Below are positions 52,201 to 64,000 of a stretch of DNA of 64,000 nt, in pieces (positions within the stretch are counted from its first letter, which is position 1; every line of letters starts with the position of its first letter). Made by a program: the position numbers and the translations under genes. The notes beneath the pieces were generated by a model. That model was not told the origin of the DNA and did not search any database. It was given only the letters and a program-made list of their open reading frames with translations. Source of the DNA: Takakia lepidozioides (Eukaryota > Plantae > Bryophyta); NCBI GenBank assembly GCA_030704615.1, contig CM060732.1, forward strand, positions 74,958,001-75,022,000, written 5' to 3'.

Positions 52201-54432
52201 TTTTGAGTGGCTACAAGTCTTGGCAATTAAGGCTATGGAATCCATCTACCTGATGTAGGGCCGATCTCAGATTGTTGGCAGTTGGTCTTGTTGATGTTTA
52301 CATCATTGTTCTCTTCCCAAGTCTACCATGGTATAGTGCTGTCAGCAACCAGTTTAAGAATGTACTCATAAGACATTGTTTGCCGTAGCCAGCAGCCAGT
52401 TTTAGATTGTACCCATAAGACGTTGTTTGCCGTAGCCCTTGTGGCCATTGACCCCGCGCCCAGTTTGAGCGGGAACAAAAGGGACAGAACCTACCTCTGT
52501 CAGGGGCTGACGTTGGTAGTAAGACTTACCTCCATATAAAGCATTAATCCGGGTTTTCCAGATATCCTCTAGAAATCGCTTCACACAAGCATCAATCTGC
52601 TGTGTGTGATTTGCCCAAAAACTAGGCCTCAGGAGGGCCTGGGCTTTTGGCTCAGCCTCGAGACTTTCAAAGTTGGTAAACAGGGGTACAGGCACAGTTT
52701 TAGAGTACGTCATTAAGGAGATTACTGATAACTCGGGCTCCAATTCTGTGATCTAGTATCTCCATGATTCTAGAGAGGTCCGCAGGCAATGCTATGTGAT
52801 GTTGTTGAGGGCTATTGGTGGTCATGTTGAAGACCGTTGTTTCTATGTGATAGTGAGAGTATTGGTACACAGTATTTTATCAGTAGGCTATTTAGTTGCA
52901 CTAATTCATGGAGGGATGATGAGCTTGCAGGCAGTGGTGGTGAGCATAGATCCTCGAAGAGTGTATGTAAGGGATCCTTCTGATGTGCCATTCCAGACAA
53001 TTGAAGCTACGAACCCAGGTTTTGTTCCACTTACAGGAAGAACTTCCTGCTCTGGCTTTGAAAGTACAAATTATGGTACAATGTAACAAGTTGGAATGCT
53101 ACCAGCAGTGAAGCCTTCTGGTGGTAAATCCAAATGAGGTTTGACAAGTGGTTCTTTGGATGGAAGGATAGATATTAGCTGGCTAACTAAAGATGCAGTA
53201 TGCAGAATCTTTGTCTGAAGGTGGCAGTGGCATGCATGTGCTGCAGGGCCAAATGGAGAGAAATTTGCATGGTTTCAATGCACGGTGGGTTGCCCTTCCT
53301 TTGCTTTTGGGTTCACACTCTTGCGTCGCAAGACTAGGTGTCAGCAAGTGTGCTGGCTTTTCCCAGAGACCTGAAGTTCATATTAAGGTGGTGTGTACAG
53401 GTCAAAGGTGGACGGGAAAGTAGGCAAATAGGAGCATATGAACTGGCTAAAGCTGTGCAGGAGCTTGGTGCTGGGGAGATCCTGCTCAATTGCATCGATT
53501 GTGATGGTACGTGTGTGTTTGTTAATGGCTGGTGTCACACTTCCACTGCTGTGATTTAATGGAATCCATAAGGGACGATCTGTGAGTTTATGGGTAAGAA
53601 ATCCTTATTGCCCTTCATCCTGGGTGTCTGCAAGAACTGAAGGCCGCTATTCGATGTGATTCTATTTGAGTGCTCACGCCTTTGGTGCAATGAGCCGTTA
53701 TTGGTTGATGTTCTTCCCTTTACTAAATTGCTGCTGGAATGTAGTTCTCCTTTGTTAGATCCCACCTGAAAGCCACTCTGGTGCCATTTAGTTGATCCCA
53801 GGTGTTCAATCCACATAGGCCTCTACAGCGGTCACCCAGTAGACCTGACACACAGATGGGTCACCAATTAAACCGGGCACCTACCACCTGGATATGCCAG
53901 ATAGTATGCAAACAACTGGGAGGCAGTACTATTGAGGAGAGGACCTGAACATACCCTTCTTCTGAATGACAGTACCCTGGCCTGCCTGATTGTCTAACCA
54001 ATAGTCACCAGAGGCTCTTTGGTCAGCTACATGCTTGAAATCACTCTTGAGCTCCTTGACTGCATTTGGATTCAGCTGGTCCTGTTGCTGCTGACAGGAC
54101 AAGGGCAGGGGTTTGACACCGAGTTGGTGCGGATGGTGTCAGAGGCAGTTACAATACCAGTGATAGCTAGCAGTGGGGCAGGTCGGCTAGAGCATTTCTC
54201 CGAGGTCTTCCATGGGACTCCAGCTTCTGCTGCACTGGCAGCTGGGATCTTCCATAGACAGGAGGTATTCTTCTTTCAGCTGTCTTCTGTTTGTTTGATG
54301 GATATGTAACCAGGATGGGGGTGGGATCTGCGAATGTGTTATATGTGGGTTTGTTGTTTGTATGTGCAGGTTACAATCTCATCAGTCAAGGAGCACATGT
54401 TAATGGCTGGCTTAGAGACAAGGCTTCTGTAG
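46213..54432 (+). CDS. HISN4: Imidazole glycerol phosphate synthase HisHF, chloroplastic (about 19 exons)
   Basis: Transit peptide. HisH motifs [41 protein letters not shown]. HisF motifs [48 protein letters not shown]. Stop at 54430-54432. Confidence 0.95.
50040..51000 (-). other. Antisense cassette of PDF-motif exons inserted in HisHF intron 49841-51231
   Basis: From 50943 [11 protein letters not shown]; ~50745-50677 [21 protein letters not shown]|GT; 50486-50375 [11 protein letters not shown]; 50219-50126 [21 protein letters not shown]|GT. Introns match 440-700, 1130-1430 and 2380-2600. Confidence 0.85.
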
Positions 54433-55065
54433 TTTTCTGCATCATTCAGCAGATGTTGTCCATGTCTCTTTGCAGTAATAGATGAGCATTGACTACAAGA
54501 AGGTGCCCCTCACGAGTAGCCCTTCTTGCCATTACCCCTCACAAGCAACTTGCACGTGATCGTTCTCTCCCTTCATTCCCTGCTCCTACTAATACTCTAC
54601 CGCGGATGTTCACGTATACCCACAAGGCGCTTGTCCTGACTGGACAAATGCACGACCTGGGCCACCCTGATACAAATTGCCTGTATCTACCTAGCCCCGC
54701 TGAAAGTCATCCCTACCTGACAGATACACATTGACATTGAATCTTGGCAAATTCCACCGTTCCAATTCCAATTCCAATTGGGATATTATAACAAAATAAA
54801 ATGGTATATCTTGTAGAGAATGTGGAAAATCTCATTGCCCGCGATGGAAAATGTACAATGACAATGACAATGTTGGATTCGATGTTCTATGGGAACAAAC
54901 ACATGTTCTTCCACTCCTCATTCTACTCAAGGTGTCGACGTCGGGGTGTTTGTTGGAATACTTATAGGCTGTCATTGTCAGCTGCTAGCAGCAAGACAAT
55001 GATGTATGCATGATTTGTGTAGAGACAAGGATAGCTGAAGGAGCAGGGATACAGTGTAGGTCCAG

Positions 55066-55170
55066 ATTCATCCAAGAGGGCCGGATTTCAGTCTCCAGAT
55101 TACCTATGATTCCCTGTGGAAGGATAGCTACAAGAAACCTGCATGGGTAGATGATCAATTGGTTGGTTTT
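55066..55170 (+). other. Solo PDF second-half exon (IHPRGPDFSLQITYDSLWKDSYKKPAWVDDQL)
   Basis: Follows a CAG acceptor; homologous to 4987-4900. Confidence 0.75.
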
Positions 55171-55285
55171 GAGCTGAAGAGCACGACCCCTGCAAGGATG
55201 TCTCTCCATCTGTAGATCTTTTAGGAAGTGAAAGGTTAGGGCCCAGCTTTCTTATGACAGTGTTAGCTGATTTTCAGTTCTTGGG

Positions 55286-56495
55286 TAGGGAATTCCAAAA
55301 GGGCCTTGATGTGAAATGCATTGCAATTCATTTGATCACCCCCTAAAAGTGCGCAATTCAATTGAATTGCTAAAACTAGCTTGAAAACAACCCTAATTTG
55401 AATTGTAGGGCGAATTGACAACAATGACTACAATTCAATTGAATTGTAAATTTGTAAATCAATTGAATTGCTAGGTGACAATTCAATTGAATTGTTTACT
55501 ACAATTCAATTCAATTGTAAATTTGTAATTCAATTGAATTGTCAACTCACAATTCAATTCAATTGTAATCTACAATTTTTAACTTATTTCTATATATATA
55601 TTATATATGTGTATATATATATTTAAATTATACATATATGCATACAAAAGTATAAGCTAAAAATACATGTTGCCCGTCTATTCTTGTTGTCCGTCTGTCT
55701 ATCTTTTGCCCGTGGTAAGGCTTGAGCCCGAGGGAGAGCAAGAGAGGGAGAAGAGAGAGAGGAAGTCACGAAGCGCTTGTAAAAGCGAGATTGTCCCTCT
55801 TTGTGGATGTTGTTGCGAATATATGGCTATGTACATATACCAAACGTGATACCAATGTAAGAGTATCAACGTGTAAGAGTTTGATATATTAAATTTATAT
55901 GGAACACACATCCCACCTTCAACATGATACCTTTGTAAGGGTATCGAAACAGTATTATTTTTTATAATTCTCAAGATGAACGGATCATTTTGTTTTCATT
56001 GGGGTTGTGTCCTAGGCCAGATACTAGTGTTAGGGAACTACATGATGATGCAGGGGAGCCTTTCAACAATTGTCGGGTTTCTTTCAGAGCCAGCCATGTT
56101 TCTTTTGCCAGTGAACCACAGGAAGCTGCTGATCTCTCTCCCTCTAGTTCCCTCTTTGGCACTCCCTTTCTCGCTAAGGCTTGAAGCTGGCTTCACAACT
56201 CCATGATTTCCTCAAGGGCACAAGAAAGAGGGGCAGCAAGAATAGACGGGCAACATGTATTTTTTAGCTTATACTCTTATATGTGTATAAATATAATTTA
56301 AATATATATATACATATATATATTATATATTATATACATAAATAAGTTTAAAATTATAGATTACAATTCAATTGAATTGCAAATTAGGGTTGTTTTCAAG
56401 CTAGTTTTAGCAGTTCAATTGAATTGCGCACTTTTAGGGGGGTGATCAAGTGAATTGTGATGCATTTCACATCAAGGGCTTTTTGGAATTCGCTA
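55286..56495. mobile_element. Foldback / Mutator-like non-autonomous element with long TIRs
   Basis: 55286-55692 and 56231-56495 are inverted copies (TAGGGAATTCCAAAA..., ATACATGTTGCCCGTCTATTCTTG) with palindromic CAATTCAATTGAATTG subrepeats and AT runs. No clear TSD. Confidence 0.85.
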
Positions 56496-57949
56496 CATCG
56501 GGTCCTTTATGAAATGGGTTGTATACAGTAATTGGTACCGTGCCATTCATACTAGTAGTCAAGTAGTGTGACATCTGCATATTGAACTCCAGATGGGTAA
56601 TTGCAGGTAGGCCCTTGTATTTCAAATGTTCTTTTTATAGCAAGTATGTATTCACCATAGTTGATTCTAAAAGGGGAAAAAAACACGGTGCCACCACTTA
56701 TATGTTTTCAATTGCATATTGTATGCACCCTGGAGTTGAGCCTAAACATCCACACCTCGCACGTACGTTTGATATTGGGCGTGCATGGGCACAAAAAATA
56801 ATTGAACCATCTAGTTCCCTACAAATCGTCACACATTGACAGGTTAAGTTAGCCCACTAGCTCACTGAGCTCCAGAAGATACCAAAAATATTATCTTTTT
56901 GTCTCACCATAGCACTGCAGCAATGTCAAGATTTGTGACATGCATTTTGAACCAAGAGTCCCCTGTTGGATTTCTTCATGGCAATCAAGGCAGGGGCCGG
57001 TTCAACCTCAGTGTGCCAGTGGTCCAAGTGCCAAGCAGCGCCATGTCATACTGCAATTGAAGGGAGGTGAACAAATTGTCGGTTGCTACGACATGACCGA
57101 GGCCATACATGGAGAGATACCAACTTACCCCTCACCTTTTTCTACTCTTCTCTGGGATCCACTCATGCCCTCCATTCTTTCCACAAATAAAGATCAAAAT
57201 CATAAACATAACTAGTCACAAAGTCCGTCAGGCCCACACTTTTATGCCCCACTTAATCGATTTGAGGCATATTGTACTGTCAGATGGCACAATATTTGCT
57301 CTTGTACCGAATCATAACCTCATCGTCACCATCTTGTTAATATTCCCCAATTCTTTACATCTTGAAACAATTTCATCCCGCACCTTGCCCACCTTGTCCA
57401 CCTTGTCATAGAAACGACACATCCGATCAGCCACCAATGACGAATTGTCTACCATGTGGTGTTACACATTAAGGTGTCAAAGCAACCAGAATTATTTCAT
57501 CTTACTGTAGGATGCTGTGAACTCAAGGAAAGGAAACATATATCAGAACGAGGTATGTTACTGTCCTGTCGTATTTCCTCTTGGTTCTCTTTGTAGTACA
57601 AGAGTTATCCAGCACTGCAGAATTATGTGTTCATGAACGTACTGATGGATGCTATGCTCGCAGGCCATGTTCTCCACTATTTGTTAGCGACTGGGTCGCG
57701 CCTCCAGACCCTTGGAGAGGAGTACTGTGACATATCTCAGGTTTGTGCTCATGTTTGGCCTTACCTTGTCATATGTAGTGGTGAAAATTTAACTGCAAAT
57801 TGAGACAGGGGAGGTTGTTGGTAGTCAGGGTTCCCGCTGCAATGAGTTGTTTTGGTTTCTGAATCTACAAAGGCGACTAGGAGCAAGGCAGCTGTGGCTG
57901 CGTACATTTGAGCACACACAGTTTTGATACCAGGCAGCACTTTGATGGA

Positions 57950-58720
57950 TGTTGATTGTTCCACAAGTAGTCCACAGAAGAACAAACCCCATCTTGGATA
58001 CGATGAAATCGGTTGCCATCCCTTGGGGGCAGAATGGCCCTCGCCACATACCCTAAGTTCTTGACGACCCAGATAGGCATGCCAGTGGCTGTGCTGATGA
58101 GTCCAAATGCAACGGCCAGCTTCTCGCTGTGATCGAGGCAAAGAGAAAATTCCCTTTGTTGCTCCTCCAATCATGCAACACAAAATTTGTGTCAGCCACA
58201 TACCCAGCTACCTTCATCTGTTCACTTCAGCTCAGTATGGACATCCTCAATTTGTGGATGTGATTGGTCATCAAGCAAAACTGTGTGCACCTGGTTGTTG
58301 ACCTCAATGCAGCTGTGCCGCTGCCTCCTTCCAGACACCTCGGTCCTCAATCATTTTTCTCACCTTTGCTTTATCAACCCACATGCCAGCTGCAGCAGAT
58401 ATTTCATAACAATACAAGGTGGAAGCACGCTGTGGATCCCACTCGAGAAGGCGTTTTGCTGCCCGTACTGCTAGCTTCACATTGCCATGTACTCTGCATG
58501 CACCAAGCAAGGACATCTACACCCCAACATCTGGTTCAAGTGGCAATTTGTAATTGACGTCATCTGCAGAGAGAATAGACGTAAAACTGATACTGTTTGG
58601 CTTCAGGCATTCTTTGTGGCATTTCTTCAAATTGTTGCAGGGTGCCCCTACCAACACCCATGCTGAGCACATCCTGTGGTCGTGGAATTCCATGACACCA
58701 CATCTATTTGGCCACACCGT
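57950..58720 (-). pseudogene. PPR E/DYW-domain remnant
   Basis: LKPNSISFTSILSA, LLGACRVHGNV..., DHSEKLAVAFGLIST..PIWVVKNL...RDGNRFHRIQDGVCSSVDYLW. The CxxC segment is deleted and there are frameshifts. Confidence 0.85.
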
Positions 58721-60418
58721 ACTGACCTAGCTTATAGGCAATCAATATATTAAGTGAGACTTTTGTTTTGTTTTGTTTTGTTTGTTTTGTAGATTTGAGA
58801 TGTCCCCAACCACGAGACCCCAACGCCGGTGCTTGGTACCGTTGGAGAGCCCTCAACGAGGAGGGGTGCACCGGCTTGGTCTCAGGATTTTTGGACCTGC
58901 GGTATGGGAGATACAGAATTCCAAGTATTTTTGGTCACTGGAAATTCACAAAAAATAGCAAAAATGGCAAAGTGGGCATTCCTAGACAATGGTTGGAGCC
59001 TCGATGGGAGAGATATCAAGGGAAAGGTCTCCGGTTCAAATCTGGTCGTAGGCTCTTTGGAAAAAAAAAAATGATTAGATATGGGATTGCATTTGGACTT
59101 AGATGACACTGGACACTTGGGCCAACACATGGGAAATGCACTTGGATACATGAATAGAAGATTGCACTTGGGCTTAGATTTCAACTCTTCACACATGGGC
59201 CTTGACATATGAGACGCTACTTGAATACATAGGGGATTGCACTTGGAGTTAGATTTCAATTCTTAACACATGGGCCAATGGTGCAGGCTACCCTAGGCAT
59301 AGATCTCCCCAAACAGGAGGGTCTCTAGATACATATGGGATTGCACTTGGACTTAGAGGACATTGGAGGCTACCCTAGTAATTATTTCAAAATCAAGTGC
59401 CTAATTAAAAGTAGAAAATTTTTGCAAAATGTGCCTAAAAATTAGAAAAATTTCCCGAGAAGTGCCTGATTGCTCGAAAATTGGAAAAACACCAAAACCA
59501 AATATCTGGAAAAAAATGTCTAAATTGTATTATTTAAAGTCCAAAAAATGGAAAAAATACCTACAATTTATATTTTCATGTCCACTCAACTTCCAAAGGG
59601 CCCTGCATTGATGCAGCAACATCTTCATAAGTCTCATCACCTATCTCATGTGAATCTTCTGAATATGAGAGAATGTTAGGGTTAGGAACATCATCATCCT
59701 CGATATGCATGTTTGCAAGACATTGGCTCATGCTCTCAATCACATATCAAACATTATGTTTTTTTTAAGAGAAAATTACCTCAACAATAGTTTTTGAGAG
59801 AGGTTAAAAACAATTGTTGAGTTAATATCTATTTTCAAGACCATTATGTTAAGAAAATTACCTCAACAATAGTTTTTGAGGGAGGTCAAAAATAATTGTT
59901 CATTATTATCCACGGTCGACTGTAATAGATGCCTAATGTTTGGAAATTATCTAGGGGAGGCGCCTAAATAATAAAAACGAATCTGTCTAATAATATTCTA
60001 TTTTTATTAATTATTAGGCGCTGAAGTGCCTAATAAGCTAGGTTAGTACGGTATTGTCAAACACTTGAAACGTATCCTCCACACATTTAGCATACTTATT
60101 CATAGCTCACAGGGCTATATTGTTTGTAGCTACAACTACTCGACATCAACGTCATCTGTAAACAATACGTTTGGAGGCAGAAATCTACAACCATTATAAT
60201 TACCTCCAGGGCGGTAAACGTAGGTTTAAATTAATAGAATATCCTAAAATACCTTGAGCAAGTCATGCCGACAAGTTTAGTCAGCATGCCCTGCTTAACT
60301 TATATATAGGAAGGGGCTCAGAGGTCTTCTTCAATTGCCGTCCAGCTTCGTTGTTTACGTCTTTGCTCTTTGCGCTGGGAGTGGAAGGGAGAGATTTGTG
60401 CAGCTATGCATAGCGGAC

Positions 60419-61701
60419 ATGGATGCCTCTACGTGGGAAAGATTGTCCGGAGAATTGGTGTATGCTGTTCTTACTTTCTTGCCGGTGGTCAGTTTACTTC
60501 AGTTTCGCATTGTTTGCAAACATTGGTGTTCTTTGATCGATTATCCTTCATTTCGCAGAGATCCTTCTACAGAGATCGAGGGGGCATCTCCTCTTATGCA
60601 ATCATCTATAGGTTTTCTTGTATATGATTCGACATATACTGTGTATGATTCATATACTGAAGGAGTAGCAAGACATGTAGCTAATGCACAATTATGCACG
60701 TACGATCTTGTTGCTGACCAGTGGCAGGCAGGTAGGAGCCACCGCCTCATGCGTTCAAACACAAACTACGCAAAGTACTGGCTAGTGGAGTTTGGAGCAG
60801 GAGGTCTTATATGTGTGCTGACTGCTACGCTCAATGGTGGGATGGACTTTGAGGTATGGAACCCACTGACCGGTGACTCCAGGATATTGCCTCCTACGCT
60901 CAATCGTTGGGGGTCCCAGCAATAGTGAAAGTGTTCATGGATGAGAGAACAAAGACGTACAAGATTATTCTCGCAGGCAATCGTGAGTATGCGGATAAAG
61001 ACGAGAAATTTACTGAAGATGAGAGATACCAGATCACAGAGATCTACGATGCAGCGTCGGGTTCGTGGAAACACGGTGGACGTCTCCTGTCTTACACACC
61101 ATTTTACACTTCAAGCAAATATGTAAGAGATACAGATGGTGTCGAGTACAAAGGGGTTTTGCACTTTGTATTCCGTACGAAGTTGGGAATGAGGGCACAA
61201 CGGCTACTTGCGTACAACATTGAACAAGACTTATGGAGCGAGCCACCGTACGTCCTCCCGAAGTAGTCCACGAATGTTGCAACTTTGCACTTGTTCCCTG
61301 CGAGGGACGTTTACTCGTACGGAGAGCTTATCTGACCATAGAGTGCAGAGTAGAGTGCACAGTCTTCGAGCTGAATGTTTCGAGCAAAGATTGGGTCCCG
61401 CTAATAGTACAAGCTCCACGTCTGGGTGCCAGTTCTACGACGTGGATTACAAATCCAATTAGTGGTGGTATCAGGTAACCAACTGATAACCAAAGAGCGA
61501 GGTATAGGTATGACTGAGGTACGTGTAAGTGAGACACTTACAACAGATATGCACGTAGTATGGGTGTATGATATGGTTCAACAAACATTGCGAAGGTTGC
61601 CCTCTTGGCCCTTTCATGGACCATCTCCACATTATTATCATGGAGTTGCACTAGAGTTTTCATTTCGGCCTGCCTTGTTGCGGACACTAGCAGTATTGTA
61701 G
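60419..61701 (+). pseudogene. F-box (kelch/F-box-associated-like) gene with about 3 frameshifts
   Basis: WERLSGELVYAVLTFLPVVSLLQFRIVCKHWCSLI F-box, GGLIC...VWNPLT...LPP, YKIILAG, TEIYD..SGSW. Frame changes near 60910, 61255 and 61460. TATA at 60301. Confidence 0.8.
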
Positions 61702-64000
61702 AAACTTTGCAAAGCATGGTGTATAGGTGCACCGTTTGCATTCACTCTTTGAGTTTGCAAATCCGTGGTGCTATACACTGGTGGTTGCAACTTTGGTAGA
61801 GGTGTCAAGTTAAAGAAGCACAGTGTGAAAACAACTAGAATAAAGCTAGTTATTTGTACTTAACACTTGGATTTAGGTCAAGTGTTAAATCAGGAGTCAA
61901 GTTTAGTTTGACACCTGAACCGCCTTATCTTCACGAGAGCGGCAGTCGCGTAGCTCATCTCTCTCGAGTTGAGCCTGCACGACCGAGCTCCTTCATCGTC
62001 TAGAACTGAGTGTACTTATGATGGGAGGATAGGTTGTTGTGGGGTGGAGTCCCCATAGCTTGGGGTGCCCCTGGCTCGACTTCTGTTTTAAAGAGTGATG
62101 ATGAGATGGATTTCATGTTTCTTGTGTTAAGAGTGTGTACTTAGCAATCCTTATCACTCGAGAGAGATGACTCTATCTAGTTTTCTAGTGCTAAGCTAGA
62201 TATGATGTTTTTCTTAGCACTATTATAATATAACTTGGTAATCTATGAGTCCAAGAGATATGCAGATCCCCACATTCTTCTATTTTCTCTGTGGGCTCTG
62301 GCACTGTTTGGGAAGTCGGGTCTTTTCGTCTATCCAAGGCTCTCAACCACAAGTATGCGTCTCATTCAAGCTATGCTAGGGACTCAATCTTGGAGCAAAC
62401 AGCCGCTGCCGTGTTTTGAGGCTGTGAGCAAATCAGTTTGTAGTTTGCTGCGACGTCTTCAGAAGGGCCTGCGTCAGGTTGTACTTGTGTGGGGAATCTT
62501 GATCAATCTGTTTTGAGGTCCGTGGAGCAGCCCTAAGCAGTGGCAACAGGAGAGTTTTTGGCTGTTACATCCGTCCGCGGTGAGGAGATGGGGACGATGT
62601 AGAAGATTTTGTTGCATTGAGGAGAATGGCGTAGCCAGACTGAATGAAGCAGAGGAAGCGACGTGGAGCAAGAGACCAAGGAGCTGAGAATGCCCTATGA
62701 AGAGAATCCAATACCATTATGTTCTGCAGCTGGGACAAGACGTCATAGCAAGGCCAAATTACAACATTGCAGCAATGGAGATGATGAACGTGAAACCCTA
62801 CAGATCTGTGAAAAGGAGAGATTTGGACGTCTTGCTAGCGATATCAGACAGGCTGGCCACTGGTGCTACATAGATGTCGTGTCAGCATAAGAAGTCACCT
62901 CTGGCTGCTAAGAAGAACCTTGTCAGGCTGCATGAAAGAGTTGCAGAGACGGAAGTTGAGATGTCTGTATGGAGTTGCAACAGGACAATGAAGGCAACCA
63001 TAAGTTTGACACCCTCTTTAGGCCTGGGAGGAAGGGAGCACTCAACATGGAGCTGTTGGTGTCACCCAGGATGCCCGAAATTGGTTCAATACAAGGGTGG
63101 TCTCATATGGGAGAAGCATCACTGGCTGGAAATGAACTCAGTGAGCTTTATGCCAAGCCTGCAGTTGTAGATGTTGAACGAATCCAAGCTGCAAATGGTG
63201 TTGAAGAGATAGCTGTATTCCAGTCTGAGGAAGGACTGAAGGAGGCGAGAGCAGACGATTATCTTCCTAGACAACCCATTTTGAACTAACCAACTCTGAT
63301 CTCAAATCACTAACTAAACCTAACTTCAGCAGCTCTCGAGCAAAGTCTCTGGAGTGGAAGTACAGGTGGTGCTTGCCCTGCGAGGGACTGGAGCCCGCCA
63401 GAAAGCCCAATTTGGACAGAGACAAGTAGGAGACTCCCGCTGCAACCTGGGCACTCTCCGATTGCTCCATCTACACATCTCTCATTCCATTTCTTCAGCA
63501 GCATCAACCTCACTGTTGTCGCCCAACTGCACCGACCATGAACTCTTTACAGGGAGTTTATGGTAAAAGGCTGATTGCTCCTACCAAGCAGGTGCCACTA
63601 TAATTGCTTGCATAATCTACTCTCCCGAGGCAAGCGACGCACCTTACTTGCTGCAAACCTTCACTACAGAAATGCAAGCGTCCATCCCTTTTCTGGAGTG
63701 AGCCGCTGGAGAGTGAAACAGTAGCCCTGACGCCAGAGGCATGGCAGACCCGGGGTGCAGGACGAGCAGCAGCTGCCAAGCGTGTACCTGCGAAGGAGGA
63801 TCTCAGCACAACAACCTCAGTTGGTAGACTGCAAATCCACCATTTCGGGCACTCGCAGGGCACGGTATTTTGACCTTGATGGGAACCTGCAGGGAATCGC
63901 AAAAACGTGGGAACAGTTTTTAATGGCGAGAACATTTTTGTGTTAAAAAAAAAACAAAAACAAAAACAAAACAAAAAAACCTTTTGATCTAATTTAAATT

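Noticed and set aside
61800-64000. LTR retrotransposon or gag remnant
   Set aside because: No clear PBS, paired LTR or gag/pol motif could be identified by eye.

Overview
Eukaryotic land-plant nuclear DNA with spliceosomal GT-AG introns and many PLS-class PPR genes. A non-seed plant such as a bryophyte or lycophyte is my inference only. Apparently intact genes: an intronless UAfT/TPT-family nucleotide-sugar transporter (28483-29565), eIF2B beta (31324-35336), an LRL-class bHLH (38916-41831), a P-class PPR (42789-45584, minus) and plastid imidazole-glycerol-phosphate synthase HisHF (46213-54432). About 14.5-23.3 kb is a scrambled, pseudogenised inverted copy of about 29.8-41.3 kb (LRL, GDSL lipase, eIF2B beta); both GDSL copies are disabled. 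There are several MITEs, a foldback element, and RPL35, LAZ1 and F-box remnants. The main unexpected signal is that two head-to-head PLS-PPR RNA-editing-type genes (3.3-6.5 kb minus, 8.7-11.9 kb plus) carry small upstream exons encoding OSB-type 'PDF' motifs (W..FF..P..WWDNR..K | .NP..PDFKHK.T...LW...P.WV), which splice in frame onto the PPR array. The ORF track misses these because each motif is split by a phase-0 intron. About 15 further half-motif exons are scattered through the window, including an antisense cassette inside a HisHF intron.
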